Source of the DNA: a bacterium
Lineage (GTDB): Bacteria > Patescibacteriota > Patescibacteriia > Patescibacteriales > UBA12075
Length of the DNA: 64,000 nt
Direction of reading: 5' to 3'
NCBI GenBank assembly: GCA_043820875.1
Contig: JBDRDI010000021.1
Coordinates: 91 to 64,090 of the forward strand
Shown here one piece after another: positions 1 to 8,496 of the stretch. The translations under genes were made by a program, and so were the position numbers. The first letter of the stretch is position 1. Each line of letters opens with the position of its first letter. The notes under the pieces are model-generated. The model ran no database searches. It was not told where the DNA came from and saw only the letters and a list, made by a program, of their open reading frames with translations.

Positions 1-569
1 GCAACGCCTTCCGCCACAACCAGTGTCCATCCTTGAGCCTTATCCTTGAACGTTCCAACCATTACAAGCTGACCGCTCAATTCCACCTCGCCCTGAGGAT
101 TTTCCATGGCCGCGATCAAGTCCGCTGTCAAACGTTCCTGGTCAACGACTTTGAAATTTCCGTTTCGGTCGGACACGGCGATCATTTCCGCAAATTTCTT
201 CACGGATATTTTCACCGCTTCCTCAAACGGAACAGTCGTCGGGTTGACCATGCTTCTCCGCTGCTTGGAAATTCTGATCCTGTTAGCAGGAAGCAGAACT
301 TTTTGACCACGTGAAACTTGTTCATCCAGACCGTTGTAATCGGCAACCTGCTTACAAGTCGCGTCATTCGCGCCCTTTACTTGGCTTTTCACAACCTTGC
401 AAAGGTCGCCGTTTCTTTTGACTTTGTACGTCCGAAAACTCTTGCCTTCGGGGCGCACAACTTCCATCTCAACGATGTATTCTTCGGTCGGCGCGCTTGT
501 TTGAGCAAGGGCGAGACCGGAGAACGAAAGCACCGCGACCATTGTGGCCGCTACAAACATATTCCTCAT
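1..569 (-). CDS. Secreted protein with LysM-like domain (runs off window start)
   Basis: Not in the ORF track. Hand translation from ATG 569 (SD AAGGAGG upstream) is open to base 1: MRNMFVAATMVAVLSFSGLALA (signal peptide) ... YKVKRNGDLCKVV...VADYNGLDEQVSRGQKVLLP (LysM-like pattern). Confidence 0.7.
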   Translation of the reverse strand, partial: MRNMFVAATMVAVLSFSGLALAQTSAPTEEYIVEMEVVRPEGKSFRTYKVKRNGDLCKVVKSQVKGANDATCKQVADYNGLDEQVSRGQKVLLPANRIRISKQRRSMVNPTTVPFEEAVKISVKKFAEMIAVSDRNGNFKVVDQERLTADLIAAMENPQGEVELSGQLVMVGTFKDKAQGWTLVVAEGV

Positions 570-773
570 CTCGCCCTCCTTCGGGTTATTTTTTTGTTTT
601 TTAAATTAATTCTTAAGTTAAATTTAAGTGTCTAAGCTAACAACGAAACAATCCTGTCTTGCAAAAAATGACGATTTTTTGGGTGTTCGGCCTCTGTCCA
701 TAAACATCGCTGTTTATGTCCCGCTTATTAACCCTCTCGTTCTTTTTTCGCATGGAGCAATGATCTAAAACCA

Positions 774-1616
774 CTACTCCATGAAAGGATTGTTCAAGTT
801 CGGGTCGTCTTCCGGCCCGGAAATGATAATAATTGACTTCCTGCCTTTGACTTTTTTGCCTTCAGCAGTAAAGTAACCATTGTCTTCCTCGTACTGTTCA
901 AACTCTGATCTTGATCCAGTCATGTACGGGTTGTACAGATTCGGGTCATCATCATCCACGCGATAGGTGTCCTCTTCAGGAAAACTTTCTCGCTGTGGCT
1001 CAACAACGCTTTTGGCCTCTTCGGACGCAAGCTTTTCAGCCGGCGTCTCAACGGGCTTTGGCGTATTGATGGCAACCACCTCGGATAAGCACTGACGGAT
1101 AAAAATGTCAGCTTTTATTCCTTGTTGAATTGCCATGTGAAACCTCCCACTTTCACGAAGAGGTTTGTAATTGTTCCATTTAAATCCGTGAGAATAATCC
1201 TTCACGGTCATTATGTGTTGCTTTTCATCACCCACGGTGTGGACGGAATATTGATACAACTTTCCGTCATCCGCTCGGGATCCGAAATAACCTTTTCTAT
1301 TCGGATTTATTTTGTCGCCTTTGTACGCGACAACGAACCACCAGGCGTCATGAGCGTAACACCGTATCCCGTCTATGTATTCGTCGGAATACTCGTTATC
1401 GCCATGTCGGTCTGGCTCCAGATACAAACGATGACGCGCGCCGCGGCTTTCCCTCTCAACCAAACTGCTCGGTAGTCTTGAGGTAAAAACCTGGTACGAA
1501 TCACTGTTCAAGGTGAACGGTAAAGTCGTGGCTTCTCTGGCAGTCATGCTCGAGGCACAGCCGCCAAGTAAGCCACTAAGCAGCAGCATTCCTATTAACA
1601 CGACGAACCTCGGCAT
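774..1616 (-). CDS. Hypothetical lipoprotein
   Basis: Start moved to ATG 1616 (SD AAGGAG). MPRFVVLIGMLLLSGLLGGC is a lipobox-type signal; acidic C-terminus. Confidence 0.65.
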   Translation of the reverse strand: MPRFVVLIGMLLLSGLLGGCASSMTAREATTLPFTLNSDSYQVFTSRLPSSLVERESRGARHRLYLEPDRHGDNEYSDEYIDGIRCYAHDAWWFVVAYKGDKINPNRKGYFGSRADDGKLYQYSVHTVGDEKQHIMTVKDYSHGFKWNNYKPLRESGRFHMAIQQGIKADIFIRQCLSEVVAINTPKPVETPAEKLASEEAKSVVEPQRESFPEEDTYRVDDDDPNLYNPYMTGSRSEFEQYEEDNGYFTAEGKKVKGRKSIIIISGPEDDPNLNNPFME

Positions 1617-2688
1617 TTTTGCCTCTCCTTTCCAGCCTTCCTTCGGGAAAGCAGATAAAGTGTTCCACGACTTCTTCGGCGTTGACAAAAATTTCCGGCA
1701 TTCCTGGACACTCTCGAAGGTGCCTTCGGAACAAATTCTTTCCGAAAATATTCACTTTCGCCTGACCATTGTTGCAAACCGGGCACGACAGAGCCGCGTT
1801 GTAAAACGGACTCAAAACTTCCGTGCCATCTGTTGTCCGAAGCTTCCCTCTGATACTGACGGAAAGCTTGAACAGCGTCGCGAAATCCCGCGGCCAGTAT
1901 CCGGACTCCGAATCCCAGCTCACTTTGTTTCGCTTTCGCCAAGAAGCAATCGTCTCCACTTCGCGTCCTTTGTCCAAGGACGTCTGTATCGCGGTTCCGT
2001 TCTTCAGTCTTCTTTCAAAAACTTCAGGTACCGAACTCGCAACAGGTTGGGACGACGCTACTTTGCGTGGCACTATCTCCCGCACGTAAGAAATCTTCTG
2101 CTTTTCTTCAGCCGGTTTTGCTTCGCCTTTGACGGCAACCGCTTTACTCAGCTTGGTAATCGCACAATCATTCTTCGGCGGAGAAATTTTCCCGCTTCTA
2201 CCGATTGGTGGTGGTGGAGAAGGAAATATTGCAGGTCTTTGGAATTTGTTTTTCACTCCTTCCTCAGACTCAAAAATTACCTCAACTACCGGCTCGTCAC
2301 CTGCTGAATCAACAGCTGCTTCGAGCTCTTCAGCGCTAATATCTTCGTCAACGAGAAGCGAACTGTCCAACTCTTGCAATTCGTCTACCCTCAATGCTCT
2401 CGCGTTTTTGGCGCGAATTGATGAAGGCGATGTAGCTTCCTGAGCTTTTCTTGCTCGATATTCAGCCTCTTCCCTCCTCGTTTCTTCTTTCCTTCCGTCT
2501 TCAAACTCTCTATACTGCGTCTGAAGCTCCAAAAAATTTTCAAACTCACGAAACGCTTTTCCGTTTTCCTCTGCGCGATTGTAATTCAGACGGCGGTTTA
2601 TTCTTTCCTGCCTTTGCCGAGCAATCTCGACACTGTCGGCATCCCCTCTTTTGAAAACGCTCGTAATCGCTTCCATAATTCCTTTCAT
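1576..2688 (-). CDS. Hypothetical protein, coiled-coil N-terminus, possible C-terminal Zn finger
   Basis: Start moved to ATG 2688 (SD AGGAGG). CPVC...HLREC motif. Confidence 0.6.
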   Translation of the reverse strand: MKGIMEAITSVFKRGDADSVEIARQRQERINRRLNYNRAEENGKAFREFENFLELQTQYREFEDGRKEETRREEAEYRARKAQEATSPSSIRAKNARALRVDELQELDSSLLVDEDISAEELEAAVDSAGDEPVVEVIFESEEGVKNKFQRPAIFPSPPPPIGRSGKISPPKNDCAITKLSKAVAVKGEAKPAEEKQKISYVREIVPRKVASSQPVASSVPEVFERRLKNGTAIQTSLDKGREVETIASWRKRNKVSWDSESGYWPRDFATLFKLSVSIRGKLRTTDGTEVLSPFYNAALSCPVCNNGQAKVNIFGKNLFRRHLRECPGMPEIFVNAEEVVEHFICFPEGRLERRGKNAEVRRVNRNAAA

Positions 2689-3052
2689 TGCTCTCCTCCT
2701 TCGTCTTAGCTTTTGAATTCTGGTTAGAGTTATCGTCTTGCTTGAAGCAAACACGATACGTCTTTTCCAGATTCATCATGCTAAAGCGAAGTGCTAAAAC
2801 AAAAAGAAGAAAGGAAAAGTCGTTGTGTAATTTTGGTTTATTTGGAATAAACCAATGCTTCGCGCAAGAAGAAGTTTTTTGTCGCAAGTCGCTACTCTGA
2901 CAAAAGGGTCCATAGCCTCGTTTATAATACAATCAAACTTAACTTATAGTTCATTCAATTGTCAAAGAGCCCTTTAGAATCTTCTGCTTGCATTAAGCGA
3001 AAGATCTGAACAGCACCCACGGGGGTAAGCCCGGGGGTGTCATCCAAATCAA

Positions 3053-3928
3053 TTACCTCAATACATTTTTTATATCTCCGTTGCGCAAAATATTTTGATA
3101 CACGGTTTGATATTCGCTATTTCCGGAAATATTTGAAAATTCTTGCTTTTCGGAATATTCTTTTTGTTCTTCGTTATCATGACCATTATCACGATATTCA
3201 TCATTCTGCATTTGAGAATTCACGGCTTGAAAAACAGGCGCGGCCACGCTTAAATCTTCGTCGAAATTTATTTTCGCTAAACGATCCTTTTTATTTGGTA
3301 AAAATTTAATATCGTATTTTTTTTCCGGATAAAGGTAGATGTAGCAAAGGCCGATGATCAGCCCGAAAATAGCACCCAAAGACAAATTCAAAATCACGTT
3401 CGGTTTGACCGGAAAATCAGAAGTAGTCGGTTGGTCAAGAATTTTGACGTCCAATCGATTGTTTGAACTATGATAATTTCCGTGCTTGGTTTTCAGAGTA
3501 TAGTTAATGCCTTGTACGATTTGTTCGGCTTGGTATTTATCTTTATGATAAACGGCTATCTCAATAATACCGGTGTCATTAATTGCTTTGGACTCCACGG
3601 TTTCGTCCCATTTTTTCATCTGCTTTTTAATATCACCTGAAAAATAATTTTTATTAATGCTATAACCGGAATCCATTACTTCGTTATAAAAAGAGTTGGA
3701 AGGAATAATTCTGGTCAATATTTCCCCTAAATACTCATTTGACTTGGCCATGGCGTATGGGTCCACTCCTTCTACGAAGTTTTGAACTATCATCAGACGA
3801 GTTTCTGTCGCATATTTAAACGGCTGGATAACCGTTAAAACGATAGACAGCGAAAGAAACACAATAACCACGGAAAGTATGGTCTGCTTCTTCTCTGTAA
3901 TTAGTTTTATAAATTCTCTTATTTCCAT
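3053..3928 (-). CDS. Wzz/capsular polysaccharide chain-length determinant family protein
   Basis: N-terminal MEIREFIKLI followed by a TM, and C-terminal PVKPNVILN-TM architecture. Confidence 0.8.
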   Translation of the reverse strand: MEIREFIKLITEKKQTILSVVIVFLSLSIVLTVIQPFKYATETRLMIVQNFVEGVDPYAMAKSNEYLGEILTRIIPSNSFYNEVMDSGYSINKNYFSGDIKKQMKKWDETVESKAINDTGIIEIAVYHKDKYQAEQIVQGINYTLKTKHGNYHSSNNRLDVKILDQPTTSDFPVKPNVILNLSLGAIFGLIIGLCYIYLYPEKKYDIKFLPNKKDRLAKINFDEDLSVAAPVFQAVNSQMQNDEYRDNGHDNEEQKEYSEKQEFSNISGNSEYQTVYQNILRNGDIKNVLR

Positions 3929-4171
3929 AAGTTTTTTTTATTTAACATTATATACTATCAATTTTTTCGAAAAAAGTCAAGAGGAAAATCAAATAAATTA
4001 AGATAATTTTATTTTATCTAATATTAGACAAAATTTAATTTATCTTGACATTAAGCCAGATATTATTTATTAAAATAATTTTATAACGCTGAGAAGAGAA
4101 AAAAATAAAGAAATAAAAAAGAACGGAAAATCCGTTTCAAAATCACGTTAAATTGTTAATATAAACTTATT

Positions 4172-4795
4172 TTACAGACCAAGTTCATCAACTACAACCA
4201 TTTTTCGGCCATCAAGTATTTCAAACAAAAAAACATCAGTAATATCGCGTCGATATTTGAATTCACTTGAACTCATCACTGTATAATTCAATTCTCGACC
4301 AATATCCACCTCCAGTCCTTTGATCAACACGCCCAATTTATCTTTATTTAAAACGCCGACAATCAACAAGTCCGTACCTGAGTCAGCTCTGTTTATAAAA
4401 ATTCCGGTTAAAATCAAAAGTTTTATTTTTCCCGCTTTTTGAATATTCTCTACAAAATCTTTCTCATAAAGAATATGCGCCTTCATCATCAAGGCCTTTA
4501 TTTCATCAAACAAAATAAAATCGGGATCAACCCTGTAATATTTTTTATCGTGCTTTTCTTCAGCAACTTTTTTATTTTTATTTTTTTTGCCGTCTCCCTG
4601 CTCTGCGGTAATCGGCTCAGGACTTGACGTTAATAGCCCAAGTTTTTCCAAATTTTCCAGCTCCCTCCTCACGGAATTAACTTGAAGTTTCAAATCTCTG
4701 GAGATTTGTCGAATATAAAACTTTTTATCCGAGTTGGATAAAAAAAACTTTAATAGCTTCACTCTCGCGTTTGAACCGAACAATTTGCCAAGCAT
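4172..4795 (-). CDS. Winged-helix transcriptional regulator with nucleotidyltransferase-like C-terminal domain
   Basis: LFGSNARVKLL...YIRQISR...VRRELENLEKLGLL HTH; DLLIVG in the C-terminal part. Confidence 0.7.
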   Translation of the reverse strand: MLGKLFGSNARVKLLKFFLSNSDKKFYIRQISRDLKLQVNSVRRELENLEKLGLLTSSPEPITAEQGDGKKNKNKKVAEEKHDKKYYRVDPDFILFDEIKALMMKAHILYEKDFVENIQKAGKIKLLILTGIFINRADSGTDLLIVGVLNKDKLGVLIKGLEVDIGRELNYTVMSSSEFKYRRDITDVFLFEILDGRKMVVVDELGL

Positions 4796-4871
4796 AAATA
4801 TATATTAAATTAAAATTTGATTATTAACCTAAATCTATAGTATAATAATAAAAGATAAAAGTCAAAAATTC

Positions 4872-7115
4872 ATGTCTCATAAAATAGCACAACTTGTCTT
4901 AACCCCAAATAAGCCCGGATCCACCGGTGAAATTTTTATTGCCCAACCTGACTCGGATATTGAGGCGCTTGCTGGTAAACTTTTTATTCTGGCCGAAATT
5001 GACTCCGGTAAAAATGCCAGTTTGAAAATAATTAATTTTTTAATAAACAGCGCCTACCGTAATTATTATCAAAACGAAAAAATAATTTTAAGAGAAAAAA
5101 TAAGCACTCTGAAGGTGGAGCATATTTTTGAAGCGGCTCTTACAAAAACCAATAAAAACTTTGCCGATTTTCTCGAAGAAGAAAAAATAAAAATTGATTT
5201 AAGCTCTCTGAATATCACGGTAGGAATAATCTATGAAGACGAACTGCACTTCTCCACCATGGGAAAAAATAAAGTGTTGCTTATTTATAAAAATAAAGGG
5301 GAGGAAAAAATAAGAAATGGGCAAAAAATAATATCCGGAAGCGAATATAAAGTTTCCGATATAGCAAAACGTTCCGACGCCAGCGAACCAAACGGAACTG
5401 AAGACAAACTTTTCGCCAATGTAATCAGCGGAAAAATTCCCAAAAAAGGCAACTTCGTTATTGCCAACGAGGCTCTTCCTGAATACATAGGAAATAAACA
5501 ACTTATCAATATCATCACCACCCTGCCCCCGAAAAGCGCGACCGAACAAATAAAAAATATTCTTTCCGGCATCAATTCTTATGTTTCTTTCTTTTTGATT
5601 ATAATAAAAAATTCCGAGCTGGAAACGGAGATCCCGCGCGAAACAAACATACGCAAAACGCAAGAATCCATCGTGCACCTTAATCAAACTGAAGAAACGG
5701 CCGAAAATCTTCTGGCTCCTTCCGGCATAATCAATCTCAAAAAAATGTCAGCTATTAAACAATTATGGGAGAGAAAAAGACCCGGAACCGAAAAAATCCT
5801 CATGTTTAAAGATAAAATAATCGCCCAAAAAAGAGGCCGACAAATATTCATTAAGACTGGGGAGGCAATAAGAATTTTCTTCATCTATTTATTTAATATT
5901 ATTTTTTATATATTGAAAACGATAACCAGTAAACAAAAATTAATAGATATTTTTTTCAATATTATTTACGGCGTAAAAAATTTCTTTATCTATGTAAAAA
6001 ATTTAAATAAAAAAAGTAGAATTCTTTTTGTGGTGGCAGCCACACTTTTGGTCTTGTTCTTTATTAATGTTTTGGTAATTAAAAATAGAAATAAAAAAAT
6101 AGCTGAAGAACAAAACTATTCCGACATTATCACCGATATTAAGCAGAAACAAAATCAAATAGACGCCAAACTGATTTATACTGACGATGAAGGAGCCTTG
6201 AAGCTGGCCAAGGAAAACGAGGATGTAATAAAAAATTTGCCCCAAGACGACGAAGAACAAAAAGAAAATTATAATAAATTTATAGAAAGTCTTAGTCGTC
6301 AATTGGAAAAAATAAGAAAAGTGGAACGAGTTGACGATCTTGAAAAAATGGCGAATTTAAACGCTTCAACCAATCCTCAAAATTTAATTTTTGCAAATGA
6401 TAAAATATATGTGGCGGATTCCAGCCAAAAATCAATATACATTTTGTCTGTTGCCGACAAATCAACAACCGTTTTTACTGATTCGCAGACGTCCATAACA
6501 AAATTTCAATCTCCATTTCTCTTAAATGACAATATTTATTATTACAACAACACGAACTTGCTGGAATTTGATACGGATAATCAAAAACTGAATACTATCT
6601 CTCTCAAAATCACAAATCCGGAAGATACGGCCGTCGTTAATATTTATAATAGCAATTTATATATTGTGGATAAAAAAGAAAATCAAATATATAAATTCGG
6701 AAAAATCGCGGGTGGTTTTGGCGCCGGTTCTGAGTGGCTCAAAGAAAATGCGGAAATTTCCAAAACAACAGACATGACCATTGACGGCAATATTTATATT
6801 TTGAAAAATAACGGCGAACTTTTAAAATTTTTGAAAGGCATGCAAGTTGACTTTAAATTAGATACAGTTGATCCGGAACTCAAAAATGCGACCAAATTAT
6901 ACATATCATCCGACGGCGACTCCATCTACGTCCTTGAACCTGCAAATAACCGCATCTTGGTTTTTGACAAAAAAGAAAATGAAAACGAAGGAAAATTCGT
7001 TTTACAATACTCTTCAAACAAATTCACGGATTTGAAAGACTTTACTGTGGATGAAAAAAATAAAATTATTTACATACTGAACGGCACTTCTGTCTACAAA
7101 TTGGAAATAAAATAA
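4872..7115 (+). CDS. Hypothetical membrane protein with C-terminal beta-propeller (NHL-like)
   Basis: 747 aa; central TM; repeated IYVAD/LYIVD/IYIL/IYVLE blades. Confidence 0.7.
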   Translation: MSHKIAQLVLTPNKPGSTGEIFIAQPDSDIEALAGKLFILAEIDSGKNASLKIINFLINSAYRNYYQNEKIILREKISTLKVEHIFEAALTKTNKNFADFLEEEKIKIDLSSLNITVGIIYEDELHFSTMGKNKVLLIYKNKGEEKIRNGQKIISGSEYKVSDIAKRSDASEPNGTEDKLFANVISGKIPKKGNFVIANEALPEYIGNKQLINIITTLPPKSATEQIKNILSGINSYVSFFLIIIKNSELETEIPRETNIRKTQESIVHLNQTEETAENLLAPSGIINLKKMSAIKQLWERKRPGTEKILMFKDKIIAQKRGRQIFIKTGEAIRIFFIYLFNIIFYILKTITSKQKLIDIFFNIIYGVKNFFIYVKNLNKKSRILFVVAATLLVLFFINVLVIKNRNKKIAEEQNYSDIITDIKQKQNQIDAKLIYTDDEGALKLAKENEDVIKNLPQDDEEQKENYNKFIESLSRQLEKIRKVERVDDLEKMANLNASTNPQNLIFANDKIYVADSSQKSIYILSVADKSTTVFTDSQTSITKFQSPFLLNDNIYYYNNTNLLEFDTDNQKLNTISLKITNPEDTAVVNIYNSNLYIVDKKENQIYKFGKIAGGFGAGSEWLKENAEISKTTDMTIDGNIYILKNNGELLKFLKGMQVDFKLDTVDPELKNATKLYISSDGDSIYVLEPANNRILVFDKKENENEGKFVLQYSSNKFTDLKDFTVDEKNKIIYILNGTSVYKLEIK

Positions 7116-7119
7116 ATTC

Positions 7120-7190
7120 AAATAAAAAATCCGCATTTTTGTAGAGACAGGTTTCAAACCTGTCTCTACAAAAATGCGGATTTTTTATTT
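7120..7190. repeat. Perfect 71-bp palindrome (35-bp arms) with REP-like GTAG core; probably also a bidirectional terminator
   Basis: aaataaaaaatccgcatttttgtagagacaggttt-c-aaacctgtctctacaaaaatgcggattttttattt between convergent genes. Confidence 0.85.
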
Positions 7191-7211
7191 CTTGTAAATA
7201 CGAAACGACTT

Positions 7212-7616
7212 TTATTTCAAAGTCACTTTTCCACCGGCTTCTTCCAATTGCTTCTTAACATCTTCGGCATCTTCTTTCTTCAAGCCTTCTTTAATCATCT
7301 TTGGAGCGGCATCAACCAAATCTTTGGCATCTTTCAACCCCATTTCAGTAATGGCTCGCACAACTTTAATCACCGCGATTTTGTTCGCGCCTGCTTCAGT
7401 CAATTCCACATCAAAGCTGGTTTTTTCTTCAACCGCTTCGGTGGCAACACCAGGCATGGCACCCATCATCATGGCCGGAGCGGCTGCTGAAACTCCGAAT
7501 TTTTCTTCCAAAATTTTTACCAATTCAGCCAAGTCCAAAACTGACATTTTTTCAACTTCGGAAACGAGTGACTGAAATTTTTCAGGAACCTCTACTTCTT
7601 TTTTTTCTTCTGTCAT
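7212..7616 (-). CDS. rplL: 50S ribosomal protein L7/L12
   Basis: [29 protein letters not shown] motifs. Confidence 0.98.
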   Translation of the reverse strand: MTEEKKEVEVPEKFQSLVSEVEKMSVLDLAELVKILEEKFGVSAAAPAMMMGAMPGVATEAVEEKTSFDVELTEAGANKIAVIKVVRAITEMGLKDAKDLVDAAPKMIKEGLKKEDAEDVKKQLEEAGGKVTLK

Positions 7617-7627
7617 AACTTTTTATA

Positions 7628-7765
7628 AGATGCAAATCTACAAATGATATTCAAATCTACAAATAAAAAATTTTGTAAATTTGCGTGCATTTGTAAATTG
7701 GCATTATGTTTGTAAATTAATATTATATTTTATTTGTAGATTTGCATGCATTCGTAGATTCGCAT
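7628..7765. repeat. Degenerate short direct and inverted repeats (caaatctacaaat / tttgtagatttg) in the rplJ-rplL spacer
   Basis: Several copies visible in both orientations. Confidence 0.6.
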
Positions 7766-8286
7766 TATCTTTTTTCAATCGCTTTCAAAACGTTAACCAA
7801 ACCGCGCAAATTGCCAGTTAAACAATTTACAAACCCCGAAACAGGAGAATTGAGCGAACCGACCAGCTTTGCATAAAGCTCTTTTTTGCTTGGTAATTTT
7901 GACAGGCTATCCACTTCTTTTTCGGAAATAAATTTATTTTCCAATATTCCACCCGCAAAACTGATTTTTTCTTCGTGGTCTTTCTTGAATTTTCCGACAA
8001 TTTTTGCCGGCATAACTTCGTCGCCAAAACCAAAAATCGCCGCGATACGGCCTTCCAAATCTTTGATATTTAAATCTTTAATATTCGAATCTTTAAAAGA
8101 CAAATCAAATAATGTTTTTTTGGCAACATAATATTCGCTATTTTCAGCTTTGAGCTGTTTGCGAAGCTCCTCATTCTCTTTCACAGTCAGACCGTCAAAT
8201 TTCGCAAAAACAATTGAATTGGCTTTCTTGATTTTTTCTGATAGACTTCTTAATATTTCGCTTTTTTGTATTTTGGTTTTCGGCAT
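7765..8286 (-). CDS. rplJ: 50S ribosomal protein L10
   Basis: GLTVKE..LRKQL, VAKKTL, LSKLPSKKEL motifs; upstream of rplL. Confidence 0.97.
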   Translation of the reverse strand: MPKTKIQKSEILRSLSEKIKKANSIVFAKFDGLTVKENEELRKQLKAENSEYYVAKKTLFDLSFKDSNIKDLNIKDLEGRIAAIFGFGDEVMPAKIVGKFKKDHEEKISFAGGILENKFISEKEVDSLSKLPSKKELYAKLVGSLNSPVSGFVNCLTGNLRGLVNVLKAIEKR

Positions 8287-8317
8287 ATGTTTTAATAGTT
8301 ATTTAAATGAAATAAAA

Positions 8318-8418
8318 AAATCCGCGAATAAACCGCAGATTACAAAATCAAATAATTGAATATTTGTCTCGGCAGGAAATTAAGTCCGGATAAACGGGAC
8401 GCCTGCTGTCTGCGACTA
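8318..8418 (-). promoter_or_regulatory. L10 ribosomal protein leader (autoregulatory RNA)
   Basis: Minus strand AGACAGCAGG...TTAA..CCTGCCGAG directly upstream of rplJ fits the L10 leader pattern; boundaries approximate. Confidence 0.8.
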
Positions 8419-8496
8419 TTTAGTTTATATATCTATATTACCATAAAAATTATTCCTGTCAATAGAAAAAATATTGTTAAATATTAGCAACATATT

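Noticed and set aside
33-635. Plus-strand ORFs 33-314, 106-306 and 318-635
   Set aside because: Shadows of the minus-strand signal-peptide ORF starting at 569, which has an SD
3013-3040. GC-rich imperfect hairpin (cacccacgggggtaagcccgggggtg) as an IS200/IS605 end
   Set aside because: No transposase or second end nearby; could simply be a terminator or a relic
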